DNA of 64,000 nucleotides from positions 581,588 to 645,587 of the forward strand of contig NW_008246074.1 in NCBI RefSeq assembly GCF_000281045.1, written 5' to 3'. The notes below the pieces were generated by a model. It searched no databases and had not been told where the DNA came from. It worked only from the letters and a program-made list of their open reading frames with translations. The translations under genes and the position numbers were made by a program. Source of the stretch: Saprolegnia diclina VS20 (Eukaryota). Shown here piece after piece: positions 48,810 to 63,518 of the stretch (the first letter of the stretch is position 1; each line of letters starts with the position of its first letter).

Positions 48810-51663
48810 TTAGGATTGCATAAAGAGCTTGCGAAAGTCGGCGTTGGACTTGGCTTTGGTCGGCGCATCTTGCTTTGGAGCAGACGCGGCTAACGCCATC
48901 TCGGTCTGAGCAGGTGCCGAGACTGCCGTTGGCCGCGGCTTGAGGTTGGCCGGCGCGGGCGGGCCGCGAAGGGCACGGGGAACAAGACTTGAACGGGGCA
49001 TCGCGATTCTGTGCGTAGAAAGTAGATGAAAATGAGCTGCTTGACCGCCTTCGTACCGTGTTGCAGGCTTGGTGGATGCCACGTCGTCGGACTTTGCAGT
49101 CGCTGGCTTGGGCATCGCCTTGGACTTTTGAGCCTTGGGCTTGGGAGTCTTGGTTGGCGCTGGCTTCATGTTGGCTTTCGACTTGGCTTGCTGGGCGACC
49201 ATATCGGCGACGCTGAAGCGGGCCTTCTTGAGCGAAACGGTGCCGTCACAGAGCACGTGCGGACCTTCCGCAACAAGCGCGTCCAAAACGCTTTGCTACG
49301 TCACCAATACTGATTCGCAAGACGACTGGAGAGACACGCACCTCGGCTTCGTACTCGACAAGCGCGTACGCCGCCTTTTCCTTCTTGCGACCAAGAATCA
49401 TGACGGACCGGATCGCACCAAACTGTAAACATATGAGCCACGATAGACCATGAGAATGTACAAACTTTTGCAAAGTAGGCTCGGACGTGGGCCTCGTCAA
49501 CCTGGTCGTTGATCTTGGCAACGTACAGCGTCGTAGGATTCGTACTCCAGACCCCATCCCGCTCGACGACCCTACAAGTTCCATTGCCATGAGCTCCGTT
49601 GCTGCATCGAAGACAAAGCGAAGACGACTTGGTGGGCTTTGCCGTCGGCTTGGACGGCTGAATGTTGAGCGGCGTCCCTTGGAAACTCGACTCGTTCAGC
49701 GCGAGAGCTTTCGGCACGCTTTCCTACATCAAGATGACACAAGGTGCCAGGATTTGAACGCAAAGACACTGGTACCGGCGACTCGAACTCGACGTAGGCC
49801 ATGCCGCGCGACGCTTGGCTTTCGCGGTTCCGCAGCAAAAGACGAACATCGGTCACCGAACCGCACTACGCAAAAGGGCATGAGACAGTGTTGCGTGGTG
49901 CGACTGGCAAACACCGGTGCAAACAGGGCTTTCAGGTCTTCGCTTGTTGTCGCCTTGTCCAAGTTGCAGAGAAACACAGTGCGGCCGTCGGCATCCGATG
50001 TGCGCTGACGTTTGTACTCGTCTTGGCGCTGCGTCTCAGCTTCGACGAGCTTGCGCTTCTTGGACGCGTCCTTCTCGACAGCCTCGATCGCTACTGGAGC
50101 GGGTGCTTCGTGGACGACTGCCGCCTGCTTGGCTTGCGTCTTGACGCAGAGCTTTTGGGCGGCGACGACGTCTTGGACCGAGTCACCCATCTCACGCTCA
50201 AAGAGCACGTACGTCTCTGCAAGAGCGCCAGGGTAGTCGGCGACTGCTGCAACCCCGCGCTTGTAGTACTTGCGCACGACGTCGAGCGGTGCGCCAGCGC
50301 GAAGACACTCGGCAATGCACGCTTGCCACGTCACGAGCGTCACGTCATTCGCTAAAATCGTGTCCCACGCCGCCGCCACGTGCTTGGTCCAGGCCGACGG
50401 TGTCGGCGGAGGCACCAAACACTTTGCTGCGTACATGCGCAGCATGGAAGCACCCGCAGGGTACTCGGTGAGGAGCCCCTACAGTGCATCGCTCGTTTCA
50501 TTGTTATCGATAAAAGGTCGTACCTGGCAGCGTGCAAAGGCGGCAGCGAGGTCTCGCTTGGACCCTGTCCGGCGACGCGTGTCGCAGTAGGCGAGCAGCA
50601 CGACGAGAAGTTGGTCCAGTGACAGCGCTTGGCGGCCCTCGAGCTCGTCGAGGACGACTTCATATGCGTCAAAGCCGCCGTTGCACTCGAGTGCGAGCAG
50701 CAGCGACGTCCATGCCGACGCAGCGAATGGCACGTTGCGCACGGCGCGCATGGCCACTTGCACCATGGCGCCGTACATGCGCTGGTCGGACAGAAAGTTG
50801 AGATATGCCTCCCAGAGAACACTGCTGAGGCACACGCTCGCGACCGCCCGCTCAAAGACGTTGAGGAGGATGCTGCAGCCGACAATCTTGAGCTTGGACG
50901 CAAGGTGCATTGTGTACTGCAGCCAGACGCTCTGAAGAGTCGCAACGTCCGGCGCATGGTCGAGCTGCGACTCGAACGCGGCCATGGCCGTGAGCAAGCC
51001 CTTGGAGCGTGCCAGCGTCGAGGAGATCGAGTGCAAGCTCTTCTGGAGCGCATCCGCGTTGTGGGACTCGTACTCGCTCCACGCGCGGTACTCGGAAAGC
51101 ACGCGATCGCTTCCTTCAAAGAGAGGAATCGCCAGCTGACTTTCGTAGCTGGACTTGAGGCGGTCAGAGAGCGTGGTACCGTCTGTGATCGTATCCCGGA
51201 GGTGCGACCGATAGAGACCGTACACCTTTTCGCTCTCTCGCCAGTGCGAGCCCAATGCCGTGAGCACCGTGCTCCATGCCTCGTCAATGTCATCTGCAAC
51301 GTCGTCGTCCAACGCGTCGACGTACATGTAGTACAGCGCCGGTTGGAGATAGTCCTTGAGCGCAACGGGAAGTTGCTCGGGCGCCAAGGCGAGGTACTGA
51401 TGCCACAGCTCTAGCGTCAGAGGGTAGGCTTCGTGAAACCGGCCGAACTGCGTCTGGAGCTGTGACGCCAGCATTGGATCACCCGAGAGCGCGGCAATGG
51501 CCTGCAAGTGGAGGTCGTAGTTGTATGGGCTAGCCGAGCTCGCAACGACAAGGTCGAGCGCCTTTTGCTGGTCTTCCGTCATCTCGGCTTCATACACCAA
51601 GTCCTCGTCGCCGGAGCTCTCGCTGCTCGAGCCACCGTCCTCTGGGTCGTGCTCGCTGCGCAT
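48810..51663 (-). CDS. SART3: SART3/Prp24-like U4/U6 recycling factor (HAT repeats + RRMs), multi-exon
   Basis: HAT repeats (FERAV, RAVRNVP), RRM TVFLCNL / SRGMAYVEF, C-terminal KSNADFRKLF Lsm-interaction motif. Confidence 0.9.
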
Positions 51664-52030
51664 GCTGCCACACCCTTCTGGTTCTGGTTGATATCCAAAG
51701 ATAGAGGACCAAGAGGTATTAAAAAATATAGAGTATACAATTATACAGGTACACGACCTTCCGAAATGAATGCAGGCGAGATGCTTTCAGCTGTGGCTAT
51801 CCAACTACTAGCGCAAGCACCCTTACTGGCATTTCCGACAAGTTCAATTTGACGTATTTTTGACTTGATTTACTCCCGCATTTTACAACTTGTGTCAAAT
51901 ACTAGGATAAACGCAGGGCGTTTAGGGTAGGGTTAGGGTAGATTCTCTGTGCCTGAGATTGGTCTTGACATGTCAGAGACTGGACTGCGATTAGTACATG
52001 TATGTACTACATTGTCTCGTTGAATTATTC

Positions 52031-54444
52031 TTATTCGATAGCAGCGGTTTGGGAGCGCTTGGCGCGCGAAGTGACTTGACCACAGTCAGACTTGCGCTTT
52101 CTGTGGGAGCGCTCGAGGGAATTGCTGCCGCGTAGTGCGCAGAACGCCAAGACCACGGACGGTCTCGTGTCTTGCCTTGCCACCTCTTCATCGATCTCGT
52201 CGTCGTCGTCGTCTTCTTCGTCGTCGTGCTGGTACCATCCCGTGCTCACGTAGTCGACCTCCTCATTTTCCGTCTCGACTAGATCGCGGCCGCTTTGAAT
52301 CGCCTCGACCGCCCGATCCACGCCACATCGCCGCAAAAGCTATAAAACACCACTGATGCAGTCGTTGTTGTCCCAGAAGCTGGCTTGAAGGAGGTGGTAG
52401 ATGGAGCAGCACGACATCCCCGACGGGTGACGAAGCCATGTCAGTGCAAACGCTTGCATCCGGTGCGGTGCAAACCGGGCGTAGAAAGCGAAGGCGTCAA
52501 TGGCTGGAGCTCTCTTCACATCGTCTTTGTAGCGGTATTCGAGCTGCTTTGTGATGCGCTTGGTCCATGGCATCGCGAACGTCGCTTGGACGGCGTCGGC
52601 CATGGCGTCAAGCATATGCGGTGACATCGTCGTCGTCGATGCAAACTCAGTGAGCGCTGGGACCACAAGAACGGACGCCCGGGAAGCACACATTGCAAGC
52701 ACCTCNNNNNNNNNNNNNNNNNNNNNNNNNNNNNNNNNNNNNNNNNNNNNNNNNNNNNNNNNNNNNNNNNNNNNNNNNNNNNNNNNNNNNNNNNNNNNNN
52801 NNNNNNNNNNNNNNNNNNNNNNNNNNNNNNNNNNNNNNNNNNNNNNNNNNNNNNNNNNNNNNNNNNNNNNNNNNNNNNNNNNNNNNNNNNNNNNNNNNNN
52901 NNNNNNNNNNNNNNNNNNNNNNNNNNNNNNNNNNNNNNNNNNNNNNNNNNNNNNNNNNNNNNNNNNNNNNNNNNNNNNNNNNNNNNNNNNNNNNNNNNNN
53001 NNNNNNNNNNNNNNNNNNNNNNNNNNNNNNNNNNNNNNNNNNNNNNNNNNNNNNNNNNNNNNNNNNNNNNNNNNNNNNNNNNNNNNNNNNNNNNNNNNNN
53101 NNNNNNNNNNNNNNNNNNNNNNNNNNNNNNNNNNNNNNNNNNNNNNNNNNNNNNNNNNNNNNNNNNNNNNNNNNNNNNNNNNNNNNNNNNNNNNNNNNNN
53201 NNNNNNNNNNNNNNNNNNNNNNNNNNNNNNNNNNNNNNNNNNNNNNNNNNNNNNNNNNNNNNNNNNNNNNNNNNNNNNNNNNNNNNNNNNNNNNNNNNNN
53301 NNNNNNNNNNNNNNNNNNNNNNNNNNNNNNNNNNNNNNNNNNNNNNNNNNNNNNNNNNNNNNNNNNNNNNNNNNNNNNNNNNNNNNNNNNNNNNNNNNNN
53401 NNNNNNNNNNNNNNNNNNNNNNNNNNNNNNNNNNNNNNNNNNNNNNNNNNNNTCGGCGTCGTTCTCGGCAGCTTCTAACGCCGCAACTGCACCGTCGAAG
53501 TCGGTCACAAGTAGCCGACGACGCTTTTCCCACATCACGAAGCACGCTGACGGAAACTGGCCGCGCAGTGACGAAATGTTGATGCGTGACGCACCGAGAA
53601 CGACGCCATTGGGCACCGTGCACGCTGGCCACGGCGCGTACACGACATCACCGCCAGACATAGAATAGGCGAGACTGATTTCAAACTTCTTGGACGCTGC
53701 AACCGCCGTGACGAACCGAATGTCGGTGGCGCAAAGCTCTTCAAACGCGAGCCACGTCGATGGCTGGGTCAGCAAGCGACCGTAGAATGACGCTGTAAAC
53801 TTGAACGCTGATGCCGGGATCCATGCAGTGACAGCCTCGGCGTCCGTCGGCGGCCCACAGCGCGAGTGCGCCACTGGGTCCTTGTACACGAGGTTGAAGA
53901 CCAAGAGGACACGGACGCCTCGTGTAATCGGCGACACGGTGACGGGCGTCGATGCATACACCGCGAGGAGTCCTTGGGGCGACGTCTGGACCTCGGTGCT
54001 GTCGCCGGCCGCGGAGTCTGGTACTCTGAACATGCAATCCGAGGCTACAGTAATGGCGCCGCCTTCGTAGCTCGATGGCAGACACACGAAAAGACGTCCA
54101 AAGTACCCACAAGGCGGCGCGTCGATGGGCTCCAGGCTCTGTGTGCTCCCAATCGCGTCCAGGGCGACATGCGACAGCAGCACGGTGTACGGGCCTTCAG
54201 GGACAAGGCGGTCTTTCAGTAGTCGGTGCACGTGCGGAATTCCGCCGACAAACAGTGCACGGACGTTTGTGGCGGGGATCGATCTCGAGCCATGGTGCGC
54301 GACCACGGCAGCTGCGACGGCGTCGGACATTGGAAGCTCAATGAGCTTGTTGTTGATGTGCAGGTGGACTTTACGGTCAGCATCAATCATCATCGCATAC
54401 GCCCGCGGCGCCCAAGGCGGTTTCTCTGCTTCGCCGCTGGTCAT
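52031..54444 (-). pseudogene. Degenerate 2OG-Fe(II) oxygenase-like gene spanning the assembly gap, with an in-frame TAG near its 3' end
   Basis: GRLFVCLPSSYEGGAITV...VSPITRGVRVLLVFNL fold motif lacking the His ligands; TAG at 52340-52342 in frame with ORF 52031-52336; continuity across the gap is assumed. Confidence 0.5.
52706..53452. other. Assembly gap (N run)
   Basis: Continuous Ns. Confidence 1.
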
Positions 54445-54591
54445 GCTTCTCGACGTGTTCGATTGTGATCGATCCACATGCGATGCTGTTGAATGTCACC
54501 GATATTTACTGTGTAACCTGATACTCACTATAAGAGGTTTGGTCGCTTGGCTGCGTCATTTTGCGCTCGTCCAGCAACAAGCATCGTCAGC

Positions 54592-55306
54592 ATGCGCGCC
54601 AACCTCGGCTTCGACTGGTTCTTCATCGGCTACTGCCTCATGAGCCTCACGATCGCCATCATATGCGATGCCGAAGCCGTCTTGCACGACCCTGCCACGT
54701 ACGGCAAGGTGCGTATGTCCCTACCGGTCGACCCCTCACACGTCTCGGGCAGGTTGAGCCCCTTGTAAACTGGCCGCCGCAAGCCGTCGTGCTAGCGCTG
54801 CATGATTGGTGCCGGCGCTTTGACCCACTCTTGGGTGCGCGTCCGCTGTGGTTCTTGGTATGTACTTACTCTCTTCGTCTTGTCATGTCCTCATCATCAT
54901 GGCAGGTGTGCTTTTACATGGAGATGACGCTCCAGGTGCCGTACTACATTGCGGCGACGTACGCCTTCCTGCACGGTAAGACGCGCCTACTTCTTTGCGT
55001 CCTCTCGACGACAGCTCTGCAGGCTGCGAATGGATCCGCGTCCCGACGCTCGTCTACGCCTCCATGTCGATGACCACGATGATATCCTTTCCATGACCTT
55101 GCCTGCGTGTTTCAAAGACACAAGTTGTTTCCTAACATCAGTAGGCGCACGCCATCGTCCTCGTCGAGCAGTTCTTTGGCGAGTTTGCGACGCCGGCGCC
55201 GCTCGTGATCCTCGGTTCGTACCTTCCCTTTGCGATCGCACCCGTCTTCTTCCTCTACCGCGCGCGTGGCACGACCATGTTTGCGGCCAAGACCAAGCAG
55301 GCGTAA
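54592..55306 (+). CDS. EXPERA/EBP-domain membrane protein (TMEM97-like), 5 exons
   Basis: Four transmembrane helices; FDPLLGARPLWF, EMTLQVPYY, WIRVPTLVYA, YLPFAIAP. Confidence 0.85.
55082..55150 (+). other. U12-type AT-AC intron in the EXPERA gene
   Basis: 5' ATATCCTTT, branch-like TTCCTAAC, 3' AC; removal gives in-frame SMTTM|AIVLVEQ. Confidence 0.85.
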
Positions 55307-55347
55307 ACAACCATGGCAAATGATGCAGCAGCTTAGACTATCATAGT

Positions 55348-56681
55348 CTACGCAATGAGACTCTGGCTCTTCTCGACAGTAAAGTTGATGCCGCGGGCTT
55401 GGAGGCGCTCGATGAGCGACGTGTTGCGGAAGGCAGCGCCGGGCGTGAGCACACCACCAGTGATCGGCACCTCGCCGTCCAGAACGACCCGCGCGGCGCT
55501 CACGACCATGCTCGACGTCGCCACGTATCCGGGTTCGGGGCCGTCGACGCGCGCAACGACCTCCCAGTCGTGTGACGCGTTGATCGTCATCTTGTCCTTG
55601 TAGCCCTTGGCAAAAAAGCGGTGCGAGAACCCGCTGTGCGCCATCTCGTCGGCGCTCGGCCCGGCGTGCGTAAAGTACCCAAACGTAAACCACCCGGGGT
55701 GCGCAATCAAGAGGCGGCGACCGGCCTCGAAGCGTCCGAGCACATAGAGCGCGAGGCCGCTGAGCACGAGCGGCACAAAGCTAAACGCGCTCGCAAACGT
55801 CGCGTAGACGGCGAATTGCGTCGGCGGCGTCGGCGACTGGCTCACCACGAGGTGCTTTTGCGTCGCGCGCACCACGGACGCGTCGGCGCCGAGGAATTTC
55901 AAAATGTACTTCTGGACGCGCGCGTCGTAGCCCACGTTGCGCAGCGTCAATCGAGGACCAAAGTACGGCACCTGGAGACATGCATATATGTACAAGTTGT
56001 CATGCCACAAAGTTGTACCTTGACCGCGTTGGCTTGGCGGAGGCTCTTGAGATCGTCGGCCGCCGCCAGCCCGCGGACGATGCACTCGTACGTTGTCGCG
56101 TGGCCGCGCTTGCCGTGCATCGAGATAAACGCTTCAACGCTCGCGCAGGCGCCGCCGGACGGGAACTGGTTCGTCACAAACACCGTGCCCATGTCTGCCG
56201 GAATCGAGTCAAAGCCGCACGAGTGCACGACCAGCGCCTTGTTCTGCTTGGCCGTCGCGTCGTAGCGCAGCGCCATCGTCTCGATGAACTGCGGCTCGCC
56301 GGTAATGTCGACGTAGTGTGTACCGGCCTCGACGCACACGCGCACGACCGGCTCACCAAAGAGGCGGAACGGCCCCGTGCAGTTGACCACGAGACGCGTC
56401 GACGCTGCCATCGCCGCCATGGCTGGACCGTCAAAGACGTCGGCAATGACGATTGGGATCGCTTCTGTAGAGCCTGTTACCGCCAGCACATGCGCCCGCG
56501 TCGCTACCACCGGGACATGAGAATAGATGTGCACTCTTGCACTATTACCTTCGAGCTTGGCTTGGGACCGACCGGCCAAGGCCCAGCGGGAGCCGGGCGC
56601 GGCGGTCTTGGCCCACTCGACGGCGATGTACTGGCCCGTAAAGCCCGAGGCGCCAAAGATCACTGCGTCGTACTCGCGCAT
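55348..56681 (-). CDS. SCCPDH: Saccharopine dehydrogenase-like oxidoreductase (SCCPDH-like), 3 exons
   Basis: IFGASGFTG, LAGRS, NCTGPFRLFGE, YVDITGE, CGFDSIPADMG, GPEPGYVAT, GGVLTPG. Confidence 0.92.
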
Positions 56682-57610
56682 GCTGCTTCTGAGACGACGA
56701 CTTGAGTTCTGAGCGGAGACATCGTTTCGTCAACGTAGCGTTGAGGCTACGAGCACGCAACATTACGCAATTCCATGCGTGGATCCGAAGCCCAAATGCA
56801 TCCCATGAAGCGAAACATCCTAAGAATCCACTGGTACTCTTAACTGTGAAGCCAAAGGGCCTCGTAGACTTGAGGCAACTCCGCCCGTACCAGCCTGGTG
56901 AAGCCTTGGCGAGCTTAGAGCACGTTCAAGTAGCCAAACCAGACTGGATTATGGACCAATTAAATCACTGCTATTCAAGGAACCGATTCCCATTGGCTCC
57001 TTGGAATATGGATGGACGAATGAGCAAGCGCGATCCGCGTCCATCGGGCAGAAAAGCGTTGAAGGGACTGGCGAACGTCTTTGTGAGAGCTGCTGTCGTT
57101 TCATACCGCAGCAAAGATCAATGCACCAGTGTAACCAAGCAAATGCAATCACTTTCGCAATCTACTACTGGTATGGTCACCCATGCTTTTGATGAAACGA
57201 TATCCAATGGGCATACACACCGGTTGGTTTGACATCACTACGGCTCCCTCGTACTGCATCCAAAACGCACATTCCATGTTGCTCGTAGCCAATTTGAAAC
57301 GAGTGCGAACGGTTGTGTAACGTGGTCTTGGTTTGTAGCGGGAATTTTGGGTTCCCATGGCGAAATTACCTTGCGGCGCATTGCGCAAATTTGATTAAAT
57401 CGCGAGTTATACATGGACCCTAGGGTATGCCATAGACAAATAGACAATAACAACTCTGCCCCGTCCAAGCGCGCTAGGTCTTGCATCGTTGCAGTGTAGC
57501 GCTCGGGGCGCACCTGTGGTGGGGTTCAAAGTTGGGTGTTTTTAACGTCCAAAACGCACCAATCACGAGGGAGCTTGAACCAATGAACGCCAAGGATCAC
57601 CTCGAAAGCC

Positions 57611-59634
<2,024 letters not shown>

Positions 59635-59749
59635 CAACTCGATTCAAACCCTTGGTTCAAACGACGTGTTGTGTTGCTATCAGGCGGGAGAGCATGCAAA
59701 ATAGGGTTAGCATTGAACAGGTATATGAACTCGCCATGGCGTCGGCTAA

Positions 59750-61949
59750 TCAACTCTGGGCACACTGCGGAATCGCACCGGACGCACCCTCCGTCGGCTG
59801 GCCCGTCAAGAGCATCCGCAACAAGTTGGGGTTCTCCATGATGCGAGTGACGCGGGCAGCGTGGCGGTGCCGCTCGTGAAACGTTGCTTCTTGTTGCATT
59901 TGCTGCTGGTTTGCAGCCACGAGTGCGTCCAACTCGTCTTCCGTCGCCGACACATCGACGTCTGCGACTGGAGACCACAGCCGGACGACGTTCTCGATGC
60001 CGCTTGTCGCGAGCACGGGCTGCAGCGGGTGGCCCTGCACGCAGTTGACAATGTCTTCGTCAGCCTTGAGTGCGTTCGCGAGGCAGCCCGTCGCGCGGTC
60101 CCAAATGTACGCGTACCCGTCGTCGCTCCCGGCCACGATGTGCTCGTCGCCAAAGAACGTGGCCTCCTTGATGTCCGTGTGGAGGTTGCAGTAGCCAATG
60201 TATCGCCGAAGGACGTGCAGTGCGACATCCGTGGCGTCGGCGAGGTGGCAATTGCCCCAATCGATGGGTGCAGCACCTCCGTCCGCGCTCTCGATCGACA
60301 GCCGAACACTCGACGGCGCTGACGACGACGATCCACCTTCTGTCGCATCGCTTTCGTCCATGCTCCCAGTTTCAGCATCGACATCCTCGTCATCCTCGTC
60401 ATCATTTTGATCATCACTATCACCTTGATCATCATCGTCCTCGTCGTCATCCTCGTCGTCATCATCATCGTCGTCCTCGTCGTCCTCGTCGTCCTCGTCT
60501 GCGAGAGAAGACTCGACGCTTGGGCGTCGGCGCTTGAGCAAAAACGGAGCCAGCTTTTCTGCCAGCGACGGCGCAATGTGCAAGAGGCGCTGGGCCTCTC
60601 GACGACTAGCCCGCTGCCGGCCACTGGCCGAGAGTGCTTGGATGTAGATGAGACGAAGGTCGTCCGTCGGCGTTGGCGTTCGCTGGAGGCATCGGAGGAC
60701 GTACTGCAGCGCGAGGAAACCATCGCCGCGCCATGCTCGCCCAATGTACGCCCGCGCCAGAGTCGTCCAGAGCCGAAGGACAATCGTGTCGTCTTGCCAG
60801 CTCGGCGGGCGCAACGCGCGCAGGATCTCGAGTGCTGCCGACGGCTTGGACCACTCGATGCATTTCTCGGCGAGGTCAAGTAAATCGTTTAGCGGCTCGG
60901 ACGGCGCCGGTTTGTCGTACGCCCACGCATCCAGGTGCATACCATGCGTCCACACTGGCTCGAGTGGTTCAAACGCCGTACGCTCGTTCACGTCAAAGAG
61001 GTAGATGTGGTCGTTGTGGTAGTTGGCCAGAATCTGGTTGCCATCCGGACTGTACTGGACGCTTGTACCATGGGCTTCGCGAATGTGGTACCGCGTCAAC
61101 GAATCCAGATCCGCGTCAAAGTGCAAGTGGGGCGGCGTTAGCAGCTGCAGCGGCTGCGACGCGTGCTCGTCGTTCATCCGGAGCATGCGTTGATCGAAGA
61201 TGCGGATGTAGTGGTCGCCGCACGCTATCGCCATCTTGGTCGCATCGGTCGGATGCACGCTCAGGCCCATGACGCGCAGGCGCCGGGCGTCGAGGCGCGG
61301 GCGACCGAGATTTATGAGCGTGTTCCGGGCATCGTCGCGATTGCCGAGCGCGCGAATGTCAAACTGTCGCACGACACCATCTTCGCCGCCGCTCCAAAAG
61401 ACGTGTGGTACGAGGTGGGACGCTGCAAGGTCCTTGACGCGGCCACGGTGGCTCGCGAGAAGCTCCGAGCCTTGCGGACGGAACGGCGCGTGGTGCAGGC
61501 GCACCTCACAGTCCATGCCAGCGGACGCCACGACGTGGTCGTTCGTACCAGGCACAAAACACACGCCAAAGATGTTCATCGAGTGCCCTGTTGCAATTGT
61601 ATGGCGGGCCTTTCCTAGACATCACATGAGAGGACGATGGGGACGTCGACGGCGTACGGCGATGAAAGTCCCAGAGCACGACGTTCGTGTCGTCCGAGCC
61701 TGATGCAAGGAGCGATCCATCGCGGTTCCAGCTAAGGCGGTTCACGCAGCCGCTGTGGCCATCCAGGGCGCTGTCACAGACCAAGCGCTTGACGAGCGCC
61801 GCATGGCTCTGGAGGTGGCGCATGGGAGATGTGACATGGGGCGCAAACCCGCCGAGTAGCTCGTTCGTGTAGGCTACGGGCGTCGAGAGGCGCCGGGGCC
61901 GCAGCTGCTGTCGCTCCCGGGCTTGGAGCACCGACTCGATGTTGGTCAT
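59750..61949 (-). CDS. WD40 (+TPR-like) DCAF protein, WDTC1/DCAF6/DCAF8-like, 2 exons
   Basis: GHSGCVNRL..LASGSDD, NIFGVCF, VRQFDIR, YIGYCNLHTDIKEA, IVNCVQGHP..LATSGIE. Confidence 0.88.
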
Positions 61950-62291
61950 TTGTCTCGAAAATCCGAATCTTTCCGTCGACCCGTTGGCCGCGTTGAACTG
62001 CGTTAATGCTTAAACGCGGAGACGTTTAATGCGTTTTACGCGTTTTTACGTTTTTACGTGGCAGCAAGCTGTGGGAGCATGAGGAGTTGCATCACTTTAT
62101 GATGCACATCAAACGCAATGTCTGGCTTGAGGGCGCTTCGACAACAAGACGTCACTAGGAAGTGTTGTTGGCATATTCCTCGGCGATCGGTGACTTTGTA
62201 CAGGGTGTATTTGAACGCGTTAATCTATCCTAGACCGCGTGCCGGTCACAATGACTTGGCAAACGTCCGCGTTGGCATCTAAATTAACGCG

Positions 62292-63518
62292 TCAAAATTG
62301 AAATTGCTCGAGGGTCGCGTCAAAGTCGGGAAACTCGGGGAAGAAGTCGCGGTGCTGGTCAAAGAACTTGGCGCCGCTTGGGCAGTCGTCTGCAATGAGT
62401 TCGACGGGCTCAAACCATGCAGAGGCCTCAGCGTCCGACGCCAGGTAGATGTGATGCTCCTTCCCGGACGCCGTCGGGGACAGTCGCTCTTGGGACATGC
62501 GCTTGAAGAACTTTTGCGCGTGCGTTCGGATCTGCACGGTCGACCGCGTTGGCACGACCTGTGCGACCTTCTTCCAGTTCTTCCCGTAGGCACGAAGACC
62601 CTCGAGGAAGAGCTGGTGCTCCTCGGCCAGCCAGCGGCCGCCGCGTTTCGTGCTGCCGTTGCTGCTCGTCGGGCTCAGGTCGTCGTCGAGCTCCGACTTA
62701 AGGCACGGTTCGACCTTGATGCCATCCGTGTGCGCTTGTAGCGGTGCCACCTTGGCTCGCACCCGGGGCAGCCGCGGTGCCATCATCGCCATCTCCTTCT
62801 CGCTAAACGCCGAGGGGGACACGATCGCCTTGGTGACGACGGTCGAAAAGTGCGATTGTGACGATGGCTGCTGCGAGGACTGCTGCTTGTTGGGGAAGTC
62901 AATGACCGACTGCCGCTTCTGTCGCAACTCGAGCGCCATTTGCTCGAGCTCCTGTTTTTCTTTGGGCGACGCGGTGCCCATGGCCGACATGATCGAGTCG
63001 ATCGCGCGCGAGAGCGACCGCACTTGGCGGTGCGGCCATCGCTTGATGCCATTGCGCCGGCACATCTTCTTGAGCGATGTGATTTGCACGCCAAAATGGA
63101 GTGCGGCCTCTTTCATCGGTACGTGGAACCACTGCTTGAGGTCGTCAAAGCCCACGACCTGCGTCCACACCCGCGTCCGCGTCGCGACGGGCTTGGCGGC
63201 CGTTTTGCGCGGCTTGGCGCGCGTACCGGCGCGCTTGTGGGCAGTGAGCGCGTCGTCAGCATGCTCGTCGTCGTCTTCACCGCCAGAGCATTCTCGCAGA
63301 AACTCGAGCTGCTCTCGCCAGTACCTCTTGGACGGGACACTGTCGTCTTCGGTGCTGCTACTGCAATTGCTGCTGCTGCAGGCGTCCATCTCGTCGTCCT
63401 CATCTTCGTCGTCGTCCTCGACCTCTTCTTCGTCCATCGGGTCGTCTGCGAGCATGTCGCACGTCGTTCGCACGGCGACGTCAACGGCAAGGTCGTCGTC
63501 GGGCCGGGCCATCGTCAT
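62292..63518 (-). CDS. RWP-RK + SHAQKYF-class Myb transcription factor
   Basis: FHVPMKEAALHFGV..TSLKKMCRRNGIKRWPHRQ (RWP-RK); WLAEEHQLFLEGL..WKKVA..RSTVQIRTHAQKFF (Myb). Confidence 0.92.
   Translation of the reverse strand: MTMARPDDDLAVDVAVRTTCDMLADDPMDEEEVEDDDEDEDDEMDACSSSNCSSSTEDDSVPSKRYWREQLEFLRECSGGEDDDEHADDALTAHKRAGTRAKPRKTAAKPVATRTRVWTQVVGFDDLKQWFHVPMKEAALHFGVQITSLKKMCRRNGIKRWPHRQVRSLSRAIDSIMSAMGTASPKEKQELEQMALELRQKRQSVIDFPNKQQSSQQPSSQSHFSTVVTKAIVSPSAFSEKEMAMMAPRLPRVRAKVAPLQAHTDGIKVEPCLKSELDDDLSPTSSNGSTKRGGRWLAEEHQLFLEGLRAYGKNWKKVAQVVPTRSTVQIRTHAQKFFKRMSQERLSPTASGKEHHIYLASDAEASAWFEPVELIADDCPSGAKFFDQHRDFFPEFPDFDATLEQFQF

Noticed and set aside
60380..60500. (TCA/TCG)n repeat
   Set aside because: Encodes the poly-Asp/Glu tract of the DCAF-like protein
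62030..62060. TTTTACG x3 microrepeat
   Set aside because: Too short to interpret; not a CRISPR-like array
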